Positions 1-7,992 of a stretch of DNA of 64,000 nt are shown here, in pieces. A program made the translations under genes and the position numbers. Location: IMG/VR virus record IMGVR_UViG_3300020202_000003, positions 265 to 64,264 of that record, one strand, 5' to 3'. Each line of letters starts with the position of its first letter. Within the stretch, counting starts at the first letter, position 1. The notes below the pieces were generated by a model, which saw only the letters and a program-made list of their open reading frames with translations, was not told the origin of the DNA and searched no databases. The stretch is from a virus. Its lineage: Duplodnaviria > Caudoviricetes.

Positions 1-159
1 GAACGCGCCCTTGGGCGTCCCGAATCCTGGCGAGGTGCAATTGACCGTGCCACCGTTCGAGGTCGGTAAGTCGGCCTGGCACACTTCAATGGAATTCGCG
101 GCGAGGACCGGCGACGAGAGGCTAAGGAGAAGACTGAGCGCGAGAACGAACCGTTTCAT
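1..159 (-). CDS. N-terminal part of a signal-peptide-bearing repeat-domain virion-module protein (runs off left edge)
   Basis: ATG at 159 overlaps the upstream TAA (TAATG); MKRFVLALSLLLSLSSPVLA-ANSIEVCQ...PGFGTPKGAF stays open to position 1; the GFxP motif recurs in the 63019-64000 ORF. Confidence 0.8.
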   Translation of the reverse strand, partial: MKRFVLALSLLLSLSSPVLAANSIEVCQADLPTSNGGTVNCTSPGFGTPKGAF

Positions 160-554
160 TATGGGAGCCCCAATTTGCTGCGCACGAGGGCCGGGGTGTT
201 GTAACCAGGGGCTCGCACTTCCGCTAAGAGGAAAATGGAATGGACGCCATCGAGATACATGGCCTTGCGCGCGATATCGATAGCCGTGGTGCCCGTAGGA
301 GCCAAGGCGGCCAAGGCGTCGTATTCCGTGACCTCGGCGCCAGTGATGCCGAGAATGGCAATCACCTGGTCCCGCGTGAGCTTGCCCTCGATCCGTTGAT
401 GGTTCGCGGCAAAGAATTTATGGACGGAGATATTCGGTCCGGGCGTGACCCCGTCATCCGCCAGCCCCATGAGGCGCTCCACGAGCGCGGCCTGCACGAG
501 GCCGGGAACCATGAAGAAGAGCACGAGCATCACAAGCAGGACGACACGAGGCAT
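159..554 (-). CDS. Hypothetical protein with Sec signal peptide
   Basis: MPRVVLLVMLVLFFMVPGLVQA| n/h/c regions; AGGAGG RBS. Confidence 0.8.
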   Translation of the reverse strand: MPRVVLLVMLVLFFMVPGLVQAALVERLMGLADDGVTPGPNISVHKFFAANHQRIEGKLTRDQVIAILGITGAEVTEYDALAALAPTGTTAIDIARKAMYLDGVHSIFLLAEVRAPGYNTPALVRSKLGLP

Positions 555-567
555 AGGACCCTCCTGG

Positions 568-1632
568 TTAGTCGCTCAAGGAATTGACGAGTAGTTGAAT
601 CAACGCCTCGCCGCGGAGAAAGAAATCCGTCAGCTGCACCGACGTAGTCAGCGTGGCGTCCACTTGACAGGCCCCGATGATGATGGCGTTCTCGGCGATG
701 GTCCCGCCGATCGTGATCGCGGCCGACACGCCGGTCACTTCCCGGTTCGTCACCGCCGGCGTGAGCGTCACGGCTTGCTCGCCGATGGTTTGGTGCGCTT
801 CGCCGGTATCGGTGCCAGGACGGTAGGATTTCCCGTTGCAGTGGAGGACGATATTGCCGGAGGGTGAGCCGGCATCGCTCACCCCCCAGAGGCGCACCGT
901 CATGGTCGTGGCGCCTTCCATCCTCTTGGTGACCGGGAAGTGGAAGCTGAACCCATCGCTATTCGAATCGGTCAGCGTGCCCCAATACGCTTTGGGCTGC
1001 CCTGTGACCGGGTTCGTCAACGTCATCGTGGTGGTGCCGGTGTCCGCCTCGAGCGGCACGTAGAACGACGCGAGCGGTTTATAGCCACTTGCAAATACAT
1101 AGCGACCGTTCGTGGTCGGGGAGTCCGGATCGAACGTGAACGCAGCGGCTCCCGCTTCAAGGTCGTACCAACTCCACGTGAAGCCATTGGGCACGAGCGT
1201 CCGCACGTTGGAGTCCGTACAGGGCCGAATCACCGGCCCGAGGGTGACATCGGTGTAGTGGCACATCGGCGTCACGCCGTCGCCGATCCGCACGGCATTC
1301 ACCAAGCTATTCGCGCCGGTGATCGATTTCCCGACGGCAAATGCGGCTTGCAGGTCTTGCGCTTCGACAAGGACGTTGACCGGCTGCCATTCATCCTCGT
1401 CATCGTTCCAAAAACAGAGACTCCGGGCCGTGCCGCCGCCCTCCGTGCAATCGCCGATCGATGTTGCGGTGGTCAAAAAGAAGAGTTGGTCGGCAGTGGG
1501 GCTGGCCGGGAAGGTCGCGCCGCTGTCGACGCCGCTGCCGGTGCCGCCTCCACTCCCGCGAATGATCTGCGCGGAGACCTGTGAGGCGAAGAGCAGTGAG
1601 AACGCGAGAATCAGCGCCAAGAGTCGTTGCAT
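568..1632 (-). CDS. Tail-fibre/appendage-like protein with Sec signal peptide
   Basis: MQRLLALILAFSLLFASQVSA|; beta-rich, G/T/S-rich; 'ATFPASPTADQLFF..T' fibre-type motif; paired Cys. Confidence 0.7.
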   Translation of the reverse strand: MQRLLALILAFSLLFASQVSAQIIRGSGGGTGSGVDSGATFPASPTADQLFFLTTATSIGDCTEGGGTARSLCFWNDDEDEWQPVNVLVEAQDLQAAFAVGKSITGANSLVNAVRIGDGVTPMCHYTDVTLGPVIRPCTDSNVRTLVPNGFTWSWYDLEAGAAAFTFDPDSPTTNGRYVFASGYKPLASFYVPLEADTGTTTMTLTNPVTGQPKAYWGTLTDSNSDGFSFHFPVTKRMEGATTMTVRLWGVSDAGSPSGNIVLHCNGKSYRPGTDTGEAHQTIGEQAVTLTPAVTNREVTGVSAAITIGGTIAENAIIIGACQVDATLTTSVQLTDFFLRGEALIQLLVNSLSD

Positions 1633-1647
1633 GTCATCACCTCACCA

Positions 1648-1667
1648 GTAACTATCGCGCACGTTAG
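1648..1667. repeat. 20-bp palindromic motif, copy A
   Basis: GTAACTATC-GC-GCACGTTAG at a gene junction (degenerate). Confidence 0.6.
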
Positions 1668-1879
1668 TCCGGCAACCGCATGGCTGGCATGCGGACCATC
1701 GCCCGCACCTGAAACCGGCAATGCCGATGATGGGCAGCCGGTTCATCCGTCTCCTGAAGCATCTGCAGCAGCGGAGCCGCTTCCGGAACATCCACATCTG
1801 GAGCCGCGACGGGCGTCGTCGATTCGGCCCAGAGGTCCTTGAACCAGGTCGTGAATTGGGTCGCCCAGGCCTTGACCAT
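1664..1879 (-). CDS. Hypothetical protein
   Basis: Fills the gap in the co-oriented operon, 71 aa. Confidence 0.5.
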   Translation of the reverse strand: MVKAWATQFTTWFKDLWAESTTPVAAPDVDVPEAAPLLQMLQETDEPAAHHRHCRFQVRAMVRMPAMRLPD

Positions 1880-1882
1880 GCC

Positions 1883-2743
1883 TTACCCCGAATACCGCCA
1901 TTTCAGATCGACGCGGTTCTGGGCGTTCGCCACGCTCGTCGCCGCGCAAATCGCGTCACAGGCCGGCGGCAGATAGATGTCCTGCCCGCCGATGTTCGTC
2001 AGCAAATCGCCGCTCGCAATGTTCACCGTGGACATCACGATGTGACCGAGGGTGGCGATGGTCGCCTGGCCCCGCGTCGTATCCGGCGCCGTGGTCGACT
2101 TCACGACTAGGAGGTACTGCGAGGGGGCCGTATACCCCAACGCCGTGAGGTTGCTGCGGCCATGCCGGTTCACAATAGCCGTGGCGGGCAAGACGCGATG
2201 CCAGTCCGCCGGCGCATCGAACCAAATCACCTGTTCGCCGGTATTGCCGGCCCCGAAAGACGGCGCGACATAGAAATTCTCGATCTCGGTAAAGTTGTTG
2301 GAGAATCCGGTCCCCGCCGTCACCTTGGAGTAATAGACCTCCCACGCGGTGTTGGCGTTACTGACTTGGGAGATGTTCAACGACACCATGTTGAACGGCA
2401 CGTCACAGCCGATCGCGAAGCCGTCGTTGTTCGTCCCGACCGTATCGAGGTTGAGATCCCCCGCGTCCGCGTCCTGCGCGTCCGCTGTGTCGTCGGTCAG
2501 CACACTCCCCGCGGCGTAGTTCGCGTCCGTCCAGCTATAAAACTTCCAACAGGAGGCTTGGATGCGGCCGCCAATGCCGAGCACGGCCGCCGAGCCGGCT
2601 CGGTTGTGCAAGCTAAACTCGCCGATGACGAACCGCGTCCCGTAGCTGTGCTGCGGCCGAGTCGCCAGGGTGATCAAGTCCGAATGCGAGTTGAGGAACT
2701 TGGTCCCCCAGGCCTTACTGACCGTCTCGTAGGCGTAGCGCAT
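1883..2743 (-). CDS. Putative virion structural protein
   Basis: 286 aa, beta-rich, GAAAGGA RBS, downstream of capsid gene. Confidence 0.65.
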   Translation of the reverse strand: MRYAYETVSKAWGTKFLNSHSDLITLATRPQHSYGTRFVIGEFSLHNRAGSAAVLGIGGRIQASCWKFYSWTDANYAAGSVLTDDTADAQDADAGDLNLDTVGTNNDGFAIGCDVPFNMVSLNISQVSNANTAWEVYYSKVTAGTGFSNNFTEIENFYVAPSFGAGNTGEQVIWFDAPADWHRVLPATAIVNRHGRSNLTALGYTAPSQYLLVVKSTTAPDTTRGQATIATLGHIVMSTVNIASGDLLTNIGGQDIYLPPACDAICAATSVANAQNRVDLKWRYSG

Positions 2744-2757
2744 GGTAGGTCCTTTCT

Positions 2758-2777
2758 CTAACTATCGGGAACGTTAT
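2758..2777. repeat. 20-bp palindromic motif, copy B
   Basis: CTAACTATC-GG-GAACGTTAT overlapping a stop codon, just before the next RBS. Confidence 0.7.
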
Positions 2778-3577
2778 CGCCGAGCCCGGCTGGTCCGGCG
2801 CCCACTGCCGGCACCGACCAATTGCCGTCCAGGCTTCTCGTCCTCGTCGTCCTCGTCTTCCGCGCGTTCGGCGTTCTGGGCTTCGAACTTCCGGCGCTCT
2901 TCGGCCATTTCAATTTCGATATCGCTTTTTTCGGGAGCCCGTTCCACGATCGAGTGGAACTGCGGCGTGGGATGCCATTGCCGTGTGGGTTCATCGATGA
3001 TCTGCCCGTTCGGCAACTTGCGTTTTTCAGTATGCTTAAAGTCCAGGGTGTAATAGCCCGACTCCGGACGCCCGGGATCGGCCCAGACCGCCCCTTCCGG
3101 CAAGCTGAACGGCACCGCGCCCGGGACCGGATTGTGCTGGTCCTGGCCATAGCCGTCGCCGTGGGAATTCACCGGCCCAGCTTGGTTGATGGAATCGGCC
3201 ATCGGCTCCAGCGTTTGCTGCATCGCTAAGAGCATCCGATCCACGATGTTATCGGGGATTCTACTGATCAAACTCACAAGCTGATCGCGCGAGGATTGCC
3301 CATCGTTCAAGGCCGGTGCCCCGCCCTGCACAACCGGCGTGGGTTGAATTTGAAGCGTCTTGATACGATCCAGCCACTTCTGCACGTCGTCCCTCGTCCC
3401 TGCATCGAATTCCGCCACTTGCTCGATGCTCGAAATAATGACGGCATCCCGGCCCTTGCCGAATTGCCATTGTCCGTTCGGGAGCTCGTATAACTCCTTC
3501 ACCGTCATGTTCCCCTTCTCTCCGACCGCCACCTGTACTGACCGCTTGACCGTGAAATCACCCGCTAACCGTTGCAT
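2774..3577 (-). CDS. Hypothetical protein (acidic/basic C-terminus)
   Basis: 267 aa, GGAGG RBS. Confidence 0.75.
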   Translation of the reverse strand: MQRLAGDFTVKRSVQVAVGEKGNMTVKELYELPNGQWQFGKGRDAVIISSIEQVAEFDAGTRDDVQKWLDRIKTLQIQPTPVVQGGAPALNDGQSSRDQLVSLISRIPDNIVDRMLLAMQQTLEPMADSINQAGPVNSHGDGYGQDQHNPVPGAVPFSLPEGAVWADPGRPESGYYTLDFKHTEKRKLPNGQIIDEPTRQWHPTPQFHSIVERAPEKSDIEIEMAEERRKFEAQNAERAEDEDDEDEKPGRQLVGAGSGRRTSRARR

Positions 3578-3610
3578 AGGTCCTCCGTTGGGTAAGGGAT
3601 AAGGTTGATC

Positions 3611-3699
3611 CGATGCCCAGCCGAGGCGGCCAAGACGAGCCGAAGCTCGTCCTGGCGCGTCCCATGCAGCCCGATCGTGAGTGATCGTTCAGGCATCGG
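3611..3699 (-). ncRNA. Candidate three-way-junction structured RNA (intergenic)
   Basis: Outer stem CCGATGCC/GGCATCGG; inner CGATC/GATCG; GCCAGGACGAGC-UUCG-GCTCGTCTTGGC; G-U pairs favour the - strand. Confidence 0.5.
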
Positions 3700-3701
3700 G
3701 G

Positions 3702-4661
3702 TTATGTGATAGCGATCACCAGTGTGCCGCCATCCGTGGCACCGACCCCGGAATCATAGTTCTCACTGATCTCGGCCTCGCCCGCGTCGAAGTTATCGAC
3801 GAGCTTGGTCACCAGTGAGCCGGCCCGGTTATCGTGAATCCAGACACCTGAGGCGAGTGACGCCCCGGTGCCATCGACCCCGACGGTCATCGCCGTGCCG
3901 TAGCACATGAACCGGTTCCAGGCGATTTCGAGGCCCTTGGTCGCGGCTCCGCACAAAACCGCTGCCGCCCAGGTGCCCGCGTTGTTCTGGAACAAGCAGT
4001 CGCGAATTACGGAATCGAGCAGGGCCGTCGCCGTAATGGCGGGCCCTTGGGCTCCGTCAGAGAAGAAGCGCGAGCCGCGAATCGAGACGTAGCTCGCCGC
4101 CCCCGTGGCCGCAATCCCGATGGTCGAGGTATGCGCGGCTGGGGTGTAGAGATCGAAGTGGCACTTGTCGACCAACAGGCCGTTGGCCACTGCCGAGAAA
4201 TCGATGCCCTTCGCTTGCGTGATCGGTCGGATGGTCAAGCCGATCAAGGCGACGTCCGGTGCCGTGATATTGGCGATTTCATCCCCGGCGATGCTGGTCG
4301 TGAGAATGGCGCTCGGTGCTTGCGCATCGAGTCCCATCCACGCCTCAGGGCCGAAGATCTTCACGCCCGTTTTGTTCAACGCGAGGGACGCCGTGGACAC
4401 CGTATGGGTACCCGACATACAGAGGATCGCATCCCCGCGTCCGTCCTGACAGGCATCGTGCGCCAGCTTGACGGAATCAAAGACGTAGGGATGGACGTTG
4501 CGCGCCCAGCTCCCAGCGCTGCCAATAGAGAAATCCGAATCGTAGGCTGTCGTCGGTGCGACGACATGCACCTTCCCCGGGACGGCATATTCCAACCCGG
4601 TCCATTTGCCTTCCCGCGACCGATTGAAGAGGTACCTATCGCGAACGTACATGCCAGACAT
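3702..4661 (-). CDS. Parallel beta-helix (pectate-lyase-like) virion protein
   Basis: 'DAILCMSGTH' cap followed by repeated I-x-x-C/N-x-F beta-helix strands. Confidence 0.7.
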   Translation of the reverse strand: MSGMYVRDRYLFNRSREGKWTGLEYAVPGKVHVVAPTTAYDSDFSIGSAGSWARNVHPYVFDSVKLAHDACQDGRGDAILCMSGTHTVSTASLALNKTGVKIFGPEAWMGLDAQAPSAILTTSIAGDEIANITAPDVALIGLTIRPITQAKGIDFSAVANGLLVDKCHFDLYTPAAHTSTIGIAATGAASYVSIRGSRFFSDGAQGPAITATALLDSVIRDCLFQNNAGTWAAAVLCGAATKGLEIAWNRFMCYGTAMTVGVDGTGASLASGVWIHDNRAGSLVTKLVDNFDAGEAEISENYDSGVGATDGGTLVIAIT

Positions 4662-4724
4662 GGAGCCTCCTTCTCATGAATCAGGAGGCGGATAAGCCGC
4701 CCCCTGTCATGCCAAGTGAACGGG

Positions 4725-5390
4725 TTAGGACACTTCGAATCCGGTCGACAGATTCTCGAACTCTTCCGCCTTCGGGAATCCGAGCACGAACGCCAACGCT
4801 TCCGTCCCCAACGTGCAGGCCGTGGCGACATCGACATCGATGCTGTTGCCCGGGTTGACCTGAATCGGCGAGCTCATCCGCTTCCAATTGACGGCGCCAA
4901 TGGCTTGCGCCGTGGTCGCATTGGGCGCCGTAATGGTCCCCTGCGTGCCGTCCAGATTGGCTGCGGTAATGGTTCCCTTGGCGTTGATCGCCGGGTACAG
5001 ATCGAAGTCAATCTTCGCGGGCGTGGTCGTCCCGGCCACCCCGAAGGTGAATCCGATGATGTCCACCAAGAAGTAATCGAAGACGTTGAATTGCCCTTCC
5101 GAGCCGGTGCCGCTGAAGTCCATGACGCCCGCGATATCGGGATGGAGCCAGCGTCGGCTGTCGTCGCCGTAGAGTCCGCCCCTCAAGGCGGGGAGCGGAT
5201 TGGCAAGAAATTCGAGGCCCAATGCCTGCCGCATCGTCCGCATCGACGGCGCCCACCATTGGCGGGCTGTCACGCGATAAATGTCGCAGGCCAGGGGAAT
5301 GTCGCTCTCACGCTGCACGAGCTTGGCGAGCGGTGCCGCCACCGCCCCTAAGACTCGCCACAGCCCGTTGAAGTTGTACTTCTTAAACAT
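4725..5390 (-). CDS. Putative capsid decoration protein with 72-aa leader ending LPALRGG
   Basis: Directly after the capsid gene; beta-sandwich-like C-terminal part. Confidence 0.65.
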   Translation of the reverse strand: MFKKYNFNGLWRVLGAVAAPLAKLVQRESDIPLACDIYRVTARQWWAPSMRTMRQALGLEFLANPLPALRGGLYGDDSRRWLHPDIAGVMDFSGTGSEGQFNVFDYFLVDIIGFTFGVAGTTTPAKIDFDLYPAINAKGTITAANLDGTQGTITAPNATTAQAIGAVNWKRMSSPIQVNPGNSIDVDVATACTLGTEALAFVLGFPKAEEFENLSTGFEVS

Positions 5391-5436
5391 GATCAGTCCT
5401 CCCTCAAGAATGGATGAATGTCCCGCGTCCTCCTGA

Positions 5437-5456
5437 CTTACTTTCCAGACAGTGAA
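5437..5456. repeat. 20-bp palindromic motif, copy C
   Basis: CTTACTTTC-CA-GACAGTGAA abutting the capsid stop codon. Confidence 0.8.
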
Positions 5457-6413
5457 CTAGGACGACGTGAAATAGACGCTGCGTGCCTCGCCATCGTTGG
5501 CGCTATCGCCCCACACGTTGGCAAAGCCCAGGACCCCGAACCAGGCCACAGCCCGCTGACGGCCGAAGTCCGCAGGAATGCCGGCCAACAGCTCCGGCGC
5601 TTCCACCTCGGCCAAGGCCAGGATGTCATCGCCGAAGAAGATCGCTTCGCCGACGGCGCTGCCCGTGCCGCGTTCCGTCAACACGTTGTCGTGATCGACT
5701 TCGATGAAGCGGACCTTCTCGATCTCCCCGATTTCGGCGTTGTGGAACACTTCGCCGGGCCGGAGATACTGCCGCCAGGAATGAAACTCGGGATCGTCCT
5801 TGACGCCGCGACAGGCTTTCGTGGACGCCAAGCACATATAGGCCTGGCCCTGATACGGATCGACGTGGAGCGTCTTCCGCATGTAGTCGCGGATCAACTT
5901 CACGTGCGCGACCGTCATGTTGTTCGTCCCGGTCACAGAAGTCGTGCCGGCATCGGTCGTGAACGTTCCGCCCACGGCGCTCGTGGGGCCGAAGCGGATC
6001 TGACAGGACTTCATGGCCGTCCCGGCCACGGTGTCCAACGTCAGCTTCATCTGCTTCTTGAGCGATTTCTGAATCGCGTTTTCCGGGTCGAACTTATTGA
6101 GCAACTGCACGAGCCGCGTGTAGCCCACGCCGCGGCCAAACTCGGTGACGGTGATCGATCGCGTGGACATGGCCATCTGATCGATCGGAATCTTGCCGGT
6201 TTGACTCAGGACCGCCGACGTCGGCTCCGCGATGTTGCGGATGCGCTGAATCGTCACGGACTCGCCTTGATGGGCCCCAAAGCCCGGTTCTGGCCGCGCA
6301 AACTGCAGCACCAGCGTTTCCGCGATGCTGGCGTAGCGCAGCTCCGAGCTCAGCGCATGATTGCGCGAGACCCCTGAGGTAATGCTGCCACTCCACTCAA
6401 AATTCCCTGCCAT
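5457..6413 (-). CDS. Major capsid protein (N4-gp56-like, HK97 fold)
   Basis: 318 aa; GESVTI, ITVTEFG, EIGEIEKVRFIE, DFGRQRAVAW motifs; follows scaffold and portal. Confidence 0.85.
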   Translation of the reverse strand: MAGNFEWSGSITSGVSRNHALSSELRYASIAETLVLQFARPEPGFGAHQGESVTIQRIRNIAEPTSAVLSQTGKIPIDQMAMSTRSITVTEFGRGVGYTRLVQLLNKFDPENAIQKSLKKQMKLTLDTVAGTAMKSCQIRFGPTSAVGGTFTTDAGTTSVTGTNNMTVAHVKLIRDYMRKTLHVDPYQGQAYMCLASTKACRGVKDDPEFHSWRQYLRPGEVFHNAEIGEIEKVRFIEVDHDNVLTERGTGSAVGEAIFFGDDILALAEVEAPELLAGIPADFGRQRAVAWFGVLGFANVWGDSANDGEARSVYFTSS

Positions 6414-6455
6414 GATTCAGTCCCTCCCTGGGTAAGGCCAGGCCGTGACGAGGGC

Positions 6456-7442
6456 TTAGCGGGTCCGCAACATTCTGGCGCTGTCTCTCAACCGCTCTTT
6501 CCTTAAGCGAGCGATGTCAGCCAGAGAGGAGCCAGGGCCTTCTATGTCGTCCCCGTCGTCCTCCTGTCGGCTGCCGCGCCGTGTCGTGGCGGTTTCGCCA
6601 AGTACGCCGTCCTGGTCTTCCCGGTGTCGGCGTTTCTCGTCCTTGAAGGCTTGGCTTGATCGTTTGCCTCTCATCAGTCGCTCCTTGAATTCCTTCACCA
6701 GCTCGGGGATCTGCTCGGCGTCCGGCACCCGCTTGAACCAGTCCCGATCGGTCACGAGCTTGCTGGCCGCCATGTCCTGAACGAGGTCAAGGTATTCTTG
6801 GGGCAATCCTTGCCGTTCCAGTTCTTTCAGCGTCAGCCGCTCCGACCGTTCGGCCTGTTCCTCGCGCGTCAACCGTTGCTCGACCACACGGGACGAGCGT
6901 TGATCGATCTCCGACATGAGGCGTTCCCGCTCGACCCTGAATCGCTCTTCGTTGTGCTTTTCGATCAGCGCATACACTTTCTCCGTGCGTTCAGGATCAT
7001 CGTTCGCAATGGCCCTGACCTTGGCGGCCAGTTCACGGGCGCGGGCTTCGGCTTGGGCGTTCGCTTCGTCGGTTTGCCGGTTGACATCCTCGCGGGTCTC
7101 CCGTTGCTGTTCGATCCGCGCGAGCCTGGCGTTGAAGTCTTCAATGAGCTTGTCTTTGCGTGCATTCTCGGCAATGAGCCGATCGCGTTCTGACTTCAGT
7201 GCGTCATAGGCTTTCGCCGATTTGTCAGACTGGTCAGACCGTTTGCCTCTTGGCTGGTCGTCAAGGTCGTCGTCATCCAACCGATCGTCCTCGTCGACTA
7301 TGTGGGTGTCCTTCTCCTCAAGGTCTTCCTCGTCATCGACGGCAGCGGACCCTTTCGGATCATCCCGATCGATGGTCAACAGGTGAGCATGGCGATGGAT
7401 GTCACCAGCGGCCCACCCTATTTTGCGTAACAACGTGTCCAT
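6456..7442 (-). CDS. Capsid scaffolding protein
   Basis: Acidic N-terminus, long coiled coil, between portal and capsid; likely start MDTLL at 7442 with GAGGA RBS. Confidence 0.75.
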   Translation of the reverse strand: MDTLLRKIGWAAGDIHRHAHLLTIDRDDPKGSAAVDDEEDLEEKDTHIVDEDDRLDDDDLDDQPRGKRSDQSDKSAKAYDALKSERDRLIAENARKDKLIEDFNARLARIEQQRETREDVNRQTDEANAQAEARARELAAKVRAIANDDPERTEKVYALIEKHNEERFRVERERLMSEIDQRSSRVVEQRLTREEQAERSERLTLKELERQGLPQEYLDLVQDMAASKLVTDRDWFKRVPDAEQIPELVKEFKERLMRGKRSSQAFKDEKRRHREDQDGVLGETATTRRGSRQEDDGDDIEGPGSSLADIARLRKERLRDSARMLRTR

Positions 7443-7470
7443 GCAGTCCTCACGTACTCCGTGGAAGCGG

Positions 7471-7490
7471 CTTACTTTCTGGAAAGTAAG
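7471..7490. repeat. 20-bp palindromic motif, copy D (perfect 9-2-9)
   Basis: CTTACTTTC-TG-GAAAGTAAG, intergenic upstream of scaffold. Confidence 0.85.
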
Positions 7491-7511
7491 CAATCGACAC
7501 GGGTGAAAAAG

Positions 7512-7670
7512 TTAGCAGTCGCCTTTCATCTTCTTCTGCTTCCAAAACGGGCTCTTGAGCGGATGCTTCTCGAGCCGTTTAGTGCCCGGATCATGTCCGC
7601 CGTTCGTGTTCATCGATCCACTCGGGGCTGCGGCTTTGCTCATCTTCATGTTGTCGCCGTAGTCGGCCAT
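7512..7670 (-). CDS. Small hypothetical protein
   Basis: MADYGDNMKM..., AAGGAG RBS. Confidence 0.55.
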   Translation of the reverse strand: MADYGDNMKMSKAAAPSGSMNTNGGHDPGTKRLEKHPLKSPFWKQKKMKGDC

Positions 7671-7695
7671 GGCGCACTCTCCTTTCTTGGTCCGC

Positions 7696-7992
7696 TTAGG
7701 ACCAGGGTTGGGTATCGCCCACCGCTTCCCGCACTTTCTTGTGCGCGGCTCTGCGAATGGTCGATTCGATAGACCCCAGATCACCAGCCATGTCGGTTAT
7801 CGCCCTCAAGACACCCAAGGCCTGATAGCGAATGGCGAGGGCTTCCACTTCGGTTTTGTCCGGATTCATGAGTTCACTCATGAGGCCGATTACGGTTCGC
7901 TCAAACTGCCGGACAACGAGCACCTTCGTGCCCTCATCGAGCATGGCCGACTGCAACTGGAGCGCTTCGCGTTTTTCTTCGACGGAGTTCAT
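7696..7992 (-). CDS. Hypothetical protein downstream of portal
   Basis: ATGA overlap with the portal stop; helical; 98 aa. Confidence 0.7.
   Translation of the reverse strand: MNSVEEKREALQLQSAMLDEGTKVLVVRQFERTVIGLMSELMNPDKTEVEALAIRYQALGVLRAITDMAGDLGSIESTIRRAAHKKVREAVGDTQPWS

Noticed and set aside
3611-3699. Hammerhead ribozyme
   Set aside because: Three-stem shape, but the CUGANGA and GAAA core is not present (CUGAACGA, no GAAA)
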